DNA from: Patescibacteria group bacterium
Lineage (GTDB): Bacteria > Patescibacteriota > Minisyncoccia > Moranbacterales > UBA2206
Direction of reading: 5' to 3'
Assembly: GCA_022709735.1 (NCBI GenBank)
Contig: JAKLIG010000003.1
Location: 6,384 to 70,383 of the forward strand
DNA length: 64,000 nt
In this document: one piece after another, positions 1-9,114 of the stretch
Layout of the letters: each line of letters starts with the position of its first letter
Position numbering within the stretch: the stretch's first letter is position 1
Program-made: the position numbers and the translations under genes
The notes under the pieces: generated by a model
Told to the model about the DNA's origin: nothing
What the model saw: only the letters and a program-made list of their open reading frames with translations
The model's database searches: none

Positions 1-1652
1 ATCGGATTGATTCCCAATTTTTTGCACTCACCTATCGCTTCTGCAACATCAGGACGAGGCGGATCAATCATTGCCATCATTCCAACCCAAATTAGATCTT
101 TCTCTGCCTCATCTTTGATATTATCCAGATTTTTATAAGCAAAGGCCAGCACTCGAAGTGCTTCTTCTGACATTGAATTATAAACTTTTTTGATTTTTTC
201 TTTTTCTGCTTCGGAAAATGGCAAAATATTTTCTCCAATCTTAATTTCAGAGCAAAGATCAAGAAGAACATCCGGCGAGCCTTTGACATAAGAAATTGTT
301 TTATCCTTTTTAAAAATTACGCTCATTCGCATTCGCTCTGAAGAAAAAGGATTTTCGGTAATTTTCTGCTCGTTTTTTTGAAAAAAACCTTTTTCGGAAT
401 TAAATTTTTGTCCAGCCACAATTATTGCGCCTTCGGTCGGATCGCCAATTATGGAATATGTTTTTTTATTTTTCTTGAGCGTTGCATCATTGCAAAGCGT
501 TCCAATTTTGAAAAGCATTTCCGCATTAGACACTTTAGAAATTTCAATCGTATTTTTATTTTGTAAAAAATCTCCCTTTGGTTCATATCCCGTTCCGGAA
601 ACATCAATTGTTTCATCATTTATAAATATTTTTGTTACAGTTAGTTCATTTTTTGTTATTGTCCCGGTTTTGTCAGTGCAAATTATCGAAACTGAACCTA
701 GCGTTTCAACTGCATTTAATTTTTTCGCCAAAACATTATCCTTGAGAAGCCTTTTCATTCCAAGAGAAAGCGCGACAGAAATTGCCGCCGGGAGTCCTTC
801 TGGCACGACTGAAACCGCCAGTGCCAACGCAAAAAGAAAATTTTGATAAAGAGACATTTTGAAATACTGCCCGCCAATCATAACTAAAATTCCAATAAGC
901 ACCGCAAGAATTGTCACATCTTTTCCAAGCGTCCGCATTTGCGCTTGAAGCGGAGTTGGATCATCTTTTACTGTTTGAACAGTATCAGCAATTTTCCCAA
1001 GTTCCGTATCCATCCCAGTTTTTACCACTAAAATCTTCGCTTCTCCCGTTGAAACTGTTTCTCCCATAAAAACCATATTGATTATATCCGCCAAGGCAAT
1101 TTTATTTTCTTCTAAAACACCCTTTTCTTTTCTTTTTGGTTTTGTTTCTCCGGTAAAAATAAAATTATTCACTTTGAGATCATAGCTTTCCAAAATGTAT
1201 CCGTCCGCGGGAATATTATCACCCGACGAAACAAAAATAACATCGCCTGACACGACAAATTTGGCATTGATTTCTTTTTTTTCACCGTCTCGAAAAACTA
1301 TTGCTTTTTCTTTGGTAAGTTTCTTAATCGAATCCAAAACTCGTTCTGCCTTAAATTCCTGGAAAAATCCGATCGAAGCATTGATGAAAACGATAATCAA
1401 AATTATCGTCACATCGCGATATTCCGAAAAAAGAAATGCCAAAAAAGCTGCGACCAAAAGAATCCAGACTAGCGCGTCATTAAACTGAGAAAAAATAATT
1501 CTCGCCCACTTCCAAGTGTGCTTTTTTTTGATTTCATTAAGACCATGCTTTTTGATTCTCTCTTTCGCTTCAAGCTCCGAAATTCCCTGTTCATTGGAAT
1601 TATATTTTTTCAAAACTTCCAGAAGCGTTAAATTGTGTATTTGTTTTTTCAT
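1..1652 (-). CDS. P-type cation-transporting ATPase (N-terminal about 550 aa; C-terminus lies beyond the left window edge)
   Basis: Minus-strand translation gives the DKTGT phosphorylation motif (ICTDKTGTITKNE), IGDPTEGAI and MIDPPRPDV blocks. ATG at 1652 overlaps the murC stop as ATGA. Not in the ORF track because it runs off the window. Confidence 0.8.
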   Translation of the reverse strand, partial: MKKQIHNLTLLEVLKKYNSNEQGISELEAKERIKKHGLNEIKKKHTWKWARIIFSQFNDALVWILLVAAFLAFLFSEYRDVTIILIIVFINASIGFFQEFKAERVLDSIKKLTKEKAIVFRDGEKKEINAKFVVSGDVIFVSSGDNIPADGYILESYDLKVNNFIFTGETKPKRKEKGVLEENKIALADIINMVFMGETVSTGEAKILVVKTGMDTELGKIADTVQTVKDDPTPLQAQMRTLGKDVTILAVLIGILVMIGGQYFKMSLYQNFLFALALAVSVVPEGLPAAISVALSLGMKRLLKDNVLAKKLNAVETLGSVSIICTDKTGTITKNELTVTKIFINDETIDVSGTGYEPKGDFLQNKNTIEISKVSNAEMLFKIGTLCNDATLKKNKKTYSIIGDPTEGAIIVAGQKFNSEKGFFQKNEQKITENPFSSERMRMSVIFKKDKTISYVKGSPDVLLDLCSEIKIGENILPFSEAEKEKIKKVYNSMSEEALRVLAFAYKNLDNIKDEAEKDLIWVGMMAMIDPPRPDVAEAIGECKKLGINP

Positions 1653-3028
1653 TTTTTCAATTTCTCCACCACTTCCCAGCCACTGCCGGCGCCGATGGCG
1701 ATAACGACATCTTCACTGCCAATTTTATCTTTCAAAAATTCCACAACCCCATCGATTGTTGGAATATATTCAGCCTTATCTCGATCGAATTTATTAATTA
1801 AATCAACTAAGTTCTTGGAACTTATTTTCCCAGAATTTTCTCTTGCTGATCCATAAATATCCAGCACAATCGCATGGTCAGCATTAGAAAAAGACTGCGA
1901 AAATTCAGAGAGCAAAGCTTCAGTTCTGGAATAAGAATGCGGATGAAAAACCGCCCAAATATTTTTTTCCGGATAAATTTCTCGCGCGCCTTTGAGCGTT
2001 GCTTGAATTTCCTGCGGATGATGACCGTAATCATCAATGAGAATTGCGCCATTTCGCTCTCCTATATATTCGAACCTTCTTTTTGTACCTTTAAAATTTT
2101 TGAGCGCTTCTTTGACTTTTTCCAAATCCAAATTCAACTTATGACAAACCGCAATCACCGCAGTTGCATTCAAAACATTATGCTTCCCAACTAATTGTAT
2201 TTCAAATTCTCCTAAGGATTTATTTTTATATGCAACTTCAAATTTTTGATTCTTGATTCCTAATTCATGATTCATAATTCTTATTTTATAACTGCATTCT
2301 TCCAAAAACCCGTATGTCATCATATCGCATCTGGCTGATTTAGAAACCTCGATCACATCCGCACTATCTCCCCAAGAAACCAAAAATCCAGTTTTCGGAA
2401 TGCGCGTCACAAAATCAACAAACGCTTTTTTATATTCCGCGAAAGTTGGAAAAGTGTCCGGATGATCAAAATCGCAACTTGTTAAAATTACTGCCTTTGG
2501 ATTATATAATTTTAATTTATTTTGAAATTCATCCGCTTCAATCACAAAAAATTCTCCTTTTCCAGAGAGCGCATTTCCTTTCCAATCCATTACCTTGCTA
2601 CCAATTACCGCACTTGGGTCAACGCCAATTTCTTTCAAGACAAACGCCAGCATTGCCGAAGTGGTAGTTTTGCCATGCGTTCCGCAAATCGCAATTCCAT
2701 ATTTATCATTAAAAATTTCCGCTAAAATTTCCGGATAACTCATCATTTTCAAATTTCTTTTTTTGGCTTCTTGGAATTCTTGATTATTATTTTCATTATA
2801 TGCCGTTGAATAAATCACCAAATCAACATCGCTTGGAATATTTTCTGCTTCAAATTTTTCAAAATACTTAATTTTAAGTTTTTGCAAAATTTCATCTGTG
2901 AAAAACTTTTCTTGAATATCCGATCCGGTAATTTCAATTCCCATCGAATGCAAAATTTCTACCACCGCAATCACGCCAGAACCTTTAATGCCAATCGCAT
3001 AAACTTTTTTGATTTTTTCTAGATTCAT
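1649..3028 (-). CDS. murC: UDP-N-acetylmuramate--L-alanine ligase
   Basis: 459 aa. Mur ligase P-loop GTHGKTTTSAML, DYGHHP motif, N-terminal Rossmann GIKGSG. Sits directly upstream of murG. Confidence 0.85.
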   Translation of the reverse strand: MNLEKIKKVYAIGIKGSGVIAVVEILHSMGIEITGSDIQEKFFTDEILQKLKIKYFEKFEAENIPSDVDLVIYSTAYNENNNQEFQEAKKRNLKMMSYPEILAEIFNDKYGIAICGTHGKTTTSAMLAFVLKEIGVDPSAVIGSKVMDWKGNALSGKGEFFVIEADEFQNKLKLYNPKAVILTSCDFDHPDTFPTFAEYKKAFVDFVTRIPKTGFLVSWGDSADVIEVSKSARCDMMTYGFLEECSYKIRIMNHELGIKNQKFEVAYKNKSLGEFEIQLVGKHNVLNATAVIAVCHKLNLDLEKVKEALKNFKGTKRRFEYIGERNGAILIDDYGHHPQEIQATLKGAREIYPEKNIWAVFHPHSYSRTEALLSEFSQSFSNADHAIVLDIYGSARENSGKISSKNLVDLINKFDRDKAEYIPTIDGVVEFLKDKIGSEDVVIAIGAGSGWEVVEKLKK

Positions 3029-3029
3029 A

Positions 3030-4148
3030 TTATTTCACCATACCAATTATTCCATCCGCGATTCTACTTGCTGCATCCGGATGATAAAAAACTTTTATAT
3101 TTTCCGTTAATTTATTGCGTAATTTTTCATTATTCATAATTTCATTAATTTTAGCCAAAAGCATATGCTCACCTAGATTAGCTTCTTCCAAAACTACACA
3201 ACCGCCGATTTTAGCGATAGAATAAGCATTCATTCTTTGATGATCATTGGCTGAATTTTCAAGCGGGATTATAATTGCCGGCTTTCCGTTGGCAGCAATT
3301 TCCGAAATAGAAGAACTGCCTGCTCTAGAAATTACTAAATCTGAAACCGCTAAAATATCCTTGATTTCTTCGCCGATAAAAGGCAATGCGTGATATCCTT
3401 CTCGCCCTACTTTTATTCCAAGCTCCCCCGCTCTTTTTTTTACTTCTTCAAAATTATTTTCTCCAGTTTGATGAATAACCTGATAATTTTTCAAAAGTTC
3501 CGGCAATACTTCCAGCATTTTATCATTAATTGCTTTCGCGCCTTGGGATCCGCCCCAGACAAAAATAGTTTTTTTAGATTCCAAAAGAGAAAACAATTTT
3601 CTGGCATTTTCCTTGTCGCCCTTATTGATATCATCTCGAAGTGGACTGCCGGTGATGACCACTTGCTCGGCTGGAAAATAAATTTGGGCGCTTGGATAAG
3701 AAACTGCCACTCGATCAGCAAATTTAGCCAAAATTGAATTGGCCATCCCCGGATTAGCATCGGATTCATGAATCATAATTGGAATGCGGTATATCCAACC
3801 AGCGATAACTACTGGCAGTGTTGCGCATCCGCCTTTAGAAAAAATAACATCCGGCATAAACCAAAGCAGATTCCAAAGCGCTTGGATAATTCCAATAGGA
3901 ATTTTGAAAGCGTCGATAAAATTCAAGAAAGAAAAATATCGTCGCATTTTCCCGCTCATAGCATGCTTGATTGTTATCCCTTCGACCTCCATAAATTTTT
4001 TGGAAAAATTATCTTTCGGTCCAAGAAACATAAATTCAGCATCAACCGCTTTTTCTTTTATTTTTCTCGCTACAGCAATCAGAGGGATAATATGTCCGCC
4101 TGAAGCGCCACCGGTTAAAATTATCTTCATACAATTTTCAGTTATCAA
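3030..4148 (-). CDS. murG: Undecaprenyl-PP-MurNAc-pentapeptide UDP-GlcNAc transferase
   Basis: 372 aa. N-terminal GGASGGHIIPL (MurG G-loop). GT28 architecture. murC-murG-ftsW context. Confidence 0.85.
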   Translation of the reverse strand: MITENCMKIILTGGASGGHIIPLIAVARKIKEKAVDAEFMFLGPKDNFSKKFMEVEGITIKHAMSGKMRRYFSFLNFIDAFKIPIGIIQALWNLLWFMPDVIFSKGGCATLPVVIAGWIYRIPIMIHESDANPGMANSILAKFADRVAVSYPSAQIYFPAEQVVITGSPLRDDINKGDKENARKLFSLLESKKTIFVWGGSQGAKAINDKMLEVLPELLKNYQVIHQTGENNFEEVKKRAGELGIKVGREGYHALPFIGEEIKDILAVSDLVISRAGSSSISEIAANGKPAIIIPLENSANDHQRMNAYSIAKIGGCVVLEEANLGEHMLLAKINEIMNNEKLRNKLTENIKVFYHPDAASRIADGIIGMVK

Positions 4149-4265
4149 TTATCAATTTACAATGAATTTTCAATTTAAAATTCACAATTATTTTTTGAAA
4201 ATTTATTAATTGTAAATTTATTGAAAATTGTAAATTGAAAATTGTAAATTATTTTTTAATCTTAT

Positions 4266-5381
4266 TTAATTCGAGTATTTAGATATATTTAAAAGAATTC
4301 CCGCCCCGGCCATTAAAAATATAATTGATGTTCCGCCATAACTTATGAAAGGCAAAGGAATTCCAGTTAGAGGAATAAGCCCAGAAATTGCCGCGATGTT
4401 TATAAAAGCTTGAAAAACTATCCACGAAATTATTCCGACTGCCATAAGTTTTGAAAATTTATCCGGAGCATTCTTGGCAATTTTTAACGCTCGAATCGCC
4501 AGATAAACAAAAAGTAAAACCAAAAATGTCGCGCCCAGAAGTCCCACCTCTTCAGCAACTATGGCAAAAATAGAATCGCCTACCGGTTCCGGCAAATAAT
4601 TGAATTTTTGGAGGCTTTTCCCCAGCCCTACTCCAAAAAATCCCCCTGTTCCAATTGCCAAAAGCGCTTGATTTATCTGATAGCCAACCCCTCGCGGATC
4701 CAGCTCTGGATGTAAAAAAACTAAAAATCTATCCATTCGATAAGATTCCATTTTGATAATTGCGCCTAGCGCCAAAATTCCGGATATTCCCATAAAAAAC
4801 ATGTGCGAAATTTTGGCGCCAGAAACAAAAAAAATTGAAATTGAAATCAAAATTATCACACCGAGCGTTCCAACATCCGGCTGTTTGATTAGAAAAAAAC
4901 TTACGAGTCCAATTACTATTAAAAATGGAACAAGACCTTCATAAAAATCTTTCACTTTTTCTGACCGACTTTCAAGCCAGGCCGCTAAATATATAATAAT
5001 TGATAATTTGAGCATCTCTGATGGTTGAAAAGAGAAAGAACCGAGTTTGAGCCAGCGGGAAGCTCCGTATATTTTTGATCCAAAACCCGGAACGAAAACT
5101 AAAACCAAAAAGATTAAACTTAGAATAAAAAACGGGAGTGAAATTTTTTTCCAGAAATTATAATTTATTTTTTGCGTTATAAATAAAATCAAAATTCCCG
5201 GCAACACTCCATAGAAAAGCTGGTGTTTGAAAAAATAGTAAGAATCGCCGAATCGGGAATGCGAATAAGAAATTCCTGCCGAAGCAATCATAATCAAACC
5301 AAAAATCAGAAGAGTTAGCACAGTATAAAATAATTTTGTATCAATTTGATTAGCTTTTGACATAAAAAAATCAATTTGCAT
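4266..5381 (-). CDS. ftsW: Cell division/peptidoglycan polymerase of the FtsW/RodA/SpoVE (SEDS) family
   Basis: Polytopic membrane protein with SEDS-like conserved C-terminal block ([17 protein letters not shown]). Start probably at an internal Met (5381 or 5363), since the ORF-track start at 5486 would overlap trmD by 116 nt. Confidence 0.75.
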   Translation of the reverse strand: MQIDFFMSKANQIDTKLFYTVLTLLIFGLIMIASAGISYSHSRFGDSYYFFKHQLFYGVLPGILILFITQKINYNFWKKISLPFFILSLIFLVLVFVPGFGSKIYGASRWLKLGSFSFQPSEMLKLSIIIYLAAWLESRSEKVKDFYEGLVPFLIVIGLVSFFLIKQPDVGTLGVIILISISIFFVSGAKISHMFFMGISGILALGAIIKMESYRMDRFLVFLHPELDPRGVGYQINQALLAIGTGGFFGVGLGKSLQKFNYLPEPVGDSIFAIVAEEVGLLGATFLVLLFVYLAIRALKIAKNAPDKFSKLMAVGIISWIVFQAFINIAAISGLIPLTGIPLPFISYGGTSIIFLMAGAGILLNISKYSN

Positions 5382-6066
5382 TATTTTCTCGCCATTTCTC
5401 AATCTCGCTGTGATTTCCTGATAACAATATTTTCGGCACTTTCCAATCCAAAAAAATTTCTGGTTTAGTATATTGCGGATACTCAAGCTTAGCTTTTAGC
5501 TTACCTGCCTTGCCGACAGGCGGGTGGCTTTTAGCTTTTAGAGAATTAAAGCTTTCTTCTTTTAGGGAATCTGCGTTACCTAAAACGCCAGGAATCAATC
5601 TTGAAATGCTATCAATCAGTATCATCGCGGGAATTTCTCCGCCAGTCAGGACATAGTCGCCAATGGAAATTTCTTCATCCGCTAAATGCTCCGCCACTCG
5701 CTCATCCACGCCTTCATACCGGCCACAAATTAAAATTAAATTATCGTATTTGGAAAGTCTTTTTGCATCACTTTGTGTGTATTTTTTTCCTTTAGCGGAA
5801 AACAAAATTATCCTAGACTTTATGGACTTTTTGACTTTTGGCTTTATAGACTCAACAGCTTTATAAATCGGTTCAATCTTCATGACCATTCCTGCCCCTC
5901 CGCCATACGGCGTATCATCGACAGTTTTATGCTTATCGGTCGTATAATCCCGTAAATTATGGACATTAATTTCAATCAACTTATTTTTCTGCGCGCGCTT
6001 CAAAATCGACTCATTAAAATATGAGCTAAAAATCTGCGGAAAAATTGTAATTACATTAAATTTCAT
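5371..6066 (-). CDS. trmD: tRNA (guanine37-N1)-methyltransferase
   Basis: [14 protein letters not shown]-terminus, SPOUT/TrmD fold motifs ([22 protein letters not shown]). Start moved to the internal Met at 6066. C-terminal tail carries a GC-rich insert (see findings). Confidence 0.85.
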   Translation of the reverse strand: MKFNVITIFPQIFSSYFNESILKRAQKNKLIEINVHNLRDYTTDKHKTVDDTPYGGGAGMVMKIEPIYKAVESIKPKVKKSIKSRIILFSAKGKKYTQSDAKRLSKYDNLILICGRYEGVDERVAEHLADEEISIGDYVLTGGEIPAMILIDSISRLIPGVLGNADSLKEESFNSLKAKSHPPVGKAGKLKAKLEYPQYTKPEIFLDWKVPKILLSGNHSEIEKWRENNAN

Positions 6067-6100
6067 AATCTTATAATACCATATTAAAACCAAACAAAAA

Positions 6101-6127
6101 AGACCCCGACAAGCGGGATCTTTTTTT
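6101..6127. terminator. GC-rich hairpin flanked by A-run and T-run (bidirectional intrinsic terminator candidate) between the KH gene and trmD
   Basis: agaccccgacaagcgggatct followed by ttttttt, preceded by aaaaaa. 8-bp stem with one mismatch. Confidence 0.4.
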
Positions 6128-6137
6128 ATATATAGTC

Positions 6138-6461
6138 TTAAACTTGAATGTCTCCAACTACTTCATCAATGCTTTTTCGGCCGGTGTTGTTCACTCTTCG
6201 TTCGCTACCTTCCGGTTCATTGATCTTTAGGTTAACTCGGGCGTTATTCTTAGCTCCGATAACTCTAAGAAGAGTTCGAAGAGCTTTCGCTGTAGCGCCT
6301 TCACGTCCAATGATCATTCCCATATCTTCAGCATTTACATCTAAAGTTATGAGCACTCCCATTTCATCAATTTTTCGATCAACTTTTACGTCTTCTGGGT
6401 GATTTACTACTTGTTTAACGACATATTCTACGAAATCCTTGTCGGTTACTTGTTCTGCCAT
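6138..6461 (-). CDS. KH-domain RNA-binding protein (KhpA/UPF0109-like)
   Basis: 107 aa. [24 protein letters not shown] loop. Conserved neighbourhood with trmD (rpsP-KH-rimM-trmD operon type). Confidence 0.7.
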   Translation of the reverse strand: MAEQVTDKDFVEYVVKQVVNHPEDVKVDRKIDEMGVLITLDVNAEDMGMIIGREGATAKALRTLLRVIGAKNNARVNLKINEPEGSERRVNNTGRKSIDEVVGDIQV

Positions 6462-6621
6462 ATGTGTGTAGGGAAATTAAGTATTATTGTTCCGATTTTT
6501 GATCAGAACTGACTCAAGAAATTGTGGGATGCGGAAGATCGACCAGCCTATCCTGCCCCTATTTCTTTTGCTTATATTATAATCTATAAATTCATCTTTG
6601 TCAAACTAGAAAACATCTTTT

Positions 6622-7068
6622 TTAGAGCAATTTAATCGCGTCGGCGACAGTCACAATTCCCATAAGCACTCCTTCCGAATCTGTTACTACATAAGAGTTG
6701 AAACTTCTTTCTTTGATAAGTTTCACAAAATCCTCCACATTCATTTCCGGAGAAACATTTTCGCATTTAGTTGTCATAATGTCCTTGGCAGTTGCATTTA
6801 TAATGGCATGCATCGCCTCTTTTTCCCCTTCCGAATATTCCATTTTTCCGCTTTTAATAAAATCAATAATTGACGGCATATAATGCATATTCGCGCTGTC
6901 TTTTGTGAAAAAATCCGTTTCGGTGATAATTCCCAAAACCTTATTTTCACTGTCTACGACCGGCATAGCATGGATTTTATTTTTCGACATTATTCCGGCA
7001 ATTTCCGAAATCGGCGTGTCTTCTCTCACCGAAAGCACATCCTTAGTCATGATCTCTTTTATTTGCAT
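6622..7068 (-). CDS. CBS-domain pair protein
   Basis: 148 aa. Two CBS repeats (TKDVLSV...HAMPVVD and AKDIMTT...NSYVVTD). Confidence 0.7.
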   Translation of the reverse strand: MQIKEIMTKDVLSVREDTPISEIAGIMSKNKIHAMPVVDSENKVLGIITETDFFTKDSANMHYMPSIIDFIKSGKMEYSEGEKEAMHAIINATAKDIMTTKCENVSPEMNVEDFVKLIKERSFNSYVVTDSEGVLMGIVTVADAIKLL

Positions 7069-7144
7069 ATATTTTTAAAATTAAAAAATTATAGGTTTCT
7101 TCCCTTGATTTAATTTTAGCATACAATCATAATTGCTCCAAATA

Positions 7145-7693
7145 TTATTTTGCACTCAACTTTTTAATCTTTTTAAAAATTTCCGTGAACACTCCGTCTG
7201 CAACTGTTGAAACAAATTCTTTTTTCTCTTCTTCATTTAAATTTAAAACTTTATCAATCGGCCAGAATTCAAGGCTTGTGGCCTCACCTTCTTCAATCTT
7301 CAAATCAGCCGACTTTCCGGTAAAATGATAGGCATAAACTTTTTTAAAATGATTATTGGCGCTATTGGATCGGCTATTAGAATCGCCTATTTTGAATTTT
7401 TCAAGAAAAATTAAATCTTCTTTTTTAGCTCTTATTCCTGTTTCTTCCTCAAGTTCTCTTATGGCAGCTTGGTCATAATTTTCATTTTCATCTACATGTC
7501 CGGCACATGATCCAGACAGCAATCCCGGGTCTTTTTCTTTTGTGAGAGATCTTTTTTGAAAAATTATTTCTTCTTTATTATTAAAAATCCAAATAGCAAT
7601 TTCGCGATGAAGCAAACCATCTTTGTGAATGTTTTCTCTTGTGTCCTTGCCAATTACATTGTCATTTTCATCTACAACATTTAATTCTTGCAT
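7145..7693 (-). CDS. NUDIX hydrolase (paralog of 32595..33143)
   Basis: 182 aa. Nudix box AIRELEEETGI. About 60% identical over its full length to the ORF at 32595..33143. Confidence 0.7.
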   Translation of the reverse strand: MQELNVVDENDNVIGKDTRENIHKDGLLHREIAIWIFNNKEEIIFQKRSLTKEKDPGLLSGSCAGHVDENENYDQAAIRELEEETGIRAKKEDLIFLEKFKIGDSNSRSNSANNHFKKVYAYHFTGKSADLKIEEGEATSLEFWPIDKVLNLNEEEKKEFVSTVADGVFTEIFKKIKKLSAK

Positions 7694-7702
7694 AAATTTT
7701 AA

Positions 7703-8329
7703 TTAAAAAATTCTGTATAAAATATTCTTATAAAAATTAATTCTAAAATCATACTCTTCTCGATTAGTTCTCTTTAAATAACTTGTGGCTGTATCTGCCA
7801 TAACCATAATTATTAATTCAATTAAAAAAAGTTTGCTCAATTCTATTAATTTATCAAACTGTTTTTTTAAATTCTTGTTATTTTCATTAACAATAACATG
7901 TAGATCAGAATGTTTGTTTATTATTCCACAAATAATGTCTTTTTCTTTTTGCGACAAAATAAACTTTTTTAAAATGATTTTTGTTTTTTTAACACTTATT
8001 TTTTCGTGCTTTGGAAAAGATGATATATCTCCATTTATAATTATCGTCTCCTTTTTGCCAAGATCGTGCAAAACAGTAGCTAAAAATAACAAATCTTTCC
8101 TGCAATAATTATTAATTTTTTTATTAAGATACTCTCCAATTTTGTTATTTTTATTGTTTTTAAAAAACTTTTCTAGCTCCATTAATACAGCGATGACATG
8201 CTTGAATGTAGATTCATTATTGTGCCACGAATTATTTTCTATTATTTTTTTTAATTCATAAAAATCTGACAATTCTTTTTTTAATTTGCCTGATTTTAAC
8301 TTGTTAATTGTAATGTCTTTTATTTTCAT
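7703..8329 (-). CDS. HD-domain phosphohydrolase-like protein
   Basis: 208 aa. HDLGK motif and a downstream D residue pattern. Very AT-rich and Lys-rich. Confidence 0.55.
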   Translation of the reverse strand: MKIKDITINKLKSGKLKKELSDFYELKKIIENNSWHNNESTFKHVIAVLMELEKFFKNNKNNKIGEYLNKKINNYCRKDLLFLATVLHDLGKKETIIINGDISSFPKHEKISVKKTKIILKKFILSQKEKDIICGIINKHSDLHVIVNENNKNLKKQFDKLIELSKLFLIELIIMVMADTATSYLKRTNREEYDFRINFYKNILYRIF

Positions 8330-8401
8330 CCTTTTTTTCTATAATTTTAATTCACTAAATTTATTGGATCATTTATAAATTAATTATAGCACAAATAAAA
8401 A

Positions 8402-8422
8402 ACAGTCCCTTTCGGGAGCTGT
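8402..8422 (-). terminator. Intrinsic terminator of the cyclophilin gene
   Basis: Minus strand reads acagctcccgaaagggactgt followed by ttttttatttg. 8-bp stem with a 1-nt bulge. Confidence 0.55.
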
Positions 8423-8457
8423 TTTCTGAAAATTTTAAGTTTTTAATCTGCCTAATT

Positions 8458-9072
8458 TTACAAGCTACTAATCACTATGCTTTCAATCATATCGCCCTCC
8501 TGAATTCGATCAACCACATCCTGTCCGCTGATAATTTTCCCAAATATTGTATATTTATTTTCCAATTGATGGCTATCTCCAAGGACGATAAAAAATCGAC
8601 TGCCATTAGTATTTGGTCCGCTATTTTCCATAGCGACACTGCCTTTTTCCAATTTTTTCGCTCCAATCTCGTCCTCAAACTGATAATTTACTCCCTCTGC
8701 CCCATCAACAAACTTACTACCGCCAGAAGCCTTCGCTCCTGGAATAACTTTATAAAAAACTTTTTTCTCATAAAATTTGTCCCTGGAAAGAGTGATGAAA
8801 TTTGAAGCAGTCTTTGGAACATCTGGATAAATTTCTATTTCAAAAAAACCTTTGGTTACCAATTGCACTTTGGCTTTTTTATTTTGGAGCTGTTCAAGCG
8901 GAAGCACTCCGGGAAAAATATTATAATTCTTTTCTTTCGTTTCCGTTTTGGCGATTGGAACCGGCGCCGGCACTTCAACTTTTTTATCTTTAATTTTCAA
9001 AAACCAATATAGTCCTCCGGCGATAAGCACGATAATTATAATTGCCAGAATCACAATGACGACATTTTTCAT
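8458..9072 (-). CDS. Membrane-anchored cyclophilin-type peptidyl-prolyl cis-trans isomerase
   Basis: 204 aa. N-terminal TM helix, then cyclophilin blocks (FYKVIPG, GSVAMENSGPNTNGSRFFIVL). Confidence 0.75.
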   Translation of the reverse strand: MKNVVIVILAIIIIVLIAGGLYWFLKIKDKKVEVPAPVPIAKTETKEKNYNIFPGVLPLEQLQNKKAKVQLVTKGFFEIEIYPDVPKTASNFITLSRDKFYEKKVFYKVIPGAKASGGSKFVDGAEGVNYQFEDEIGAKKLEKGSVAMENSGPNTNGSRFFIVLGDSHQLENKYTIFGKIISGQDVVDRIQEGDMIESIVISSL

Positions 9073-9114
9073 ATTTTTAATTTAATTTTTAGCTATTTCT
9101 ATTATAACACGCTT

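Noticed and set aside
451-846. Plus-strand ORFs from the six-frame track overlapping minus-strand genes (e.g. 451..846, 3390..3737, 10153..10407, 27003..27626, 29935..30573, 46580..47047)
   Set aside because: Antisense shadows of strongly supported minus-strand genes, low-complexity translations, no motifs.
4147-4258. Possible CRISPR array
   Set aside because: Only 2-3 copies of a 14-nt AT-rich unit with no unique spacers, and an inverted copy. Repeat architecture is not CRISPR-like.
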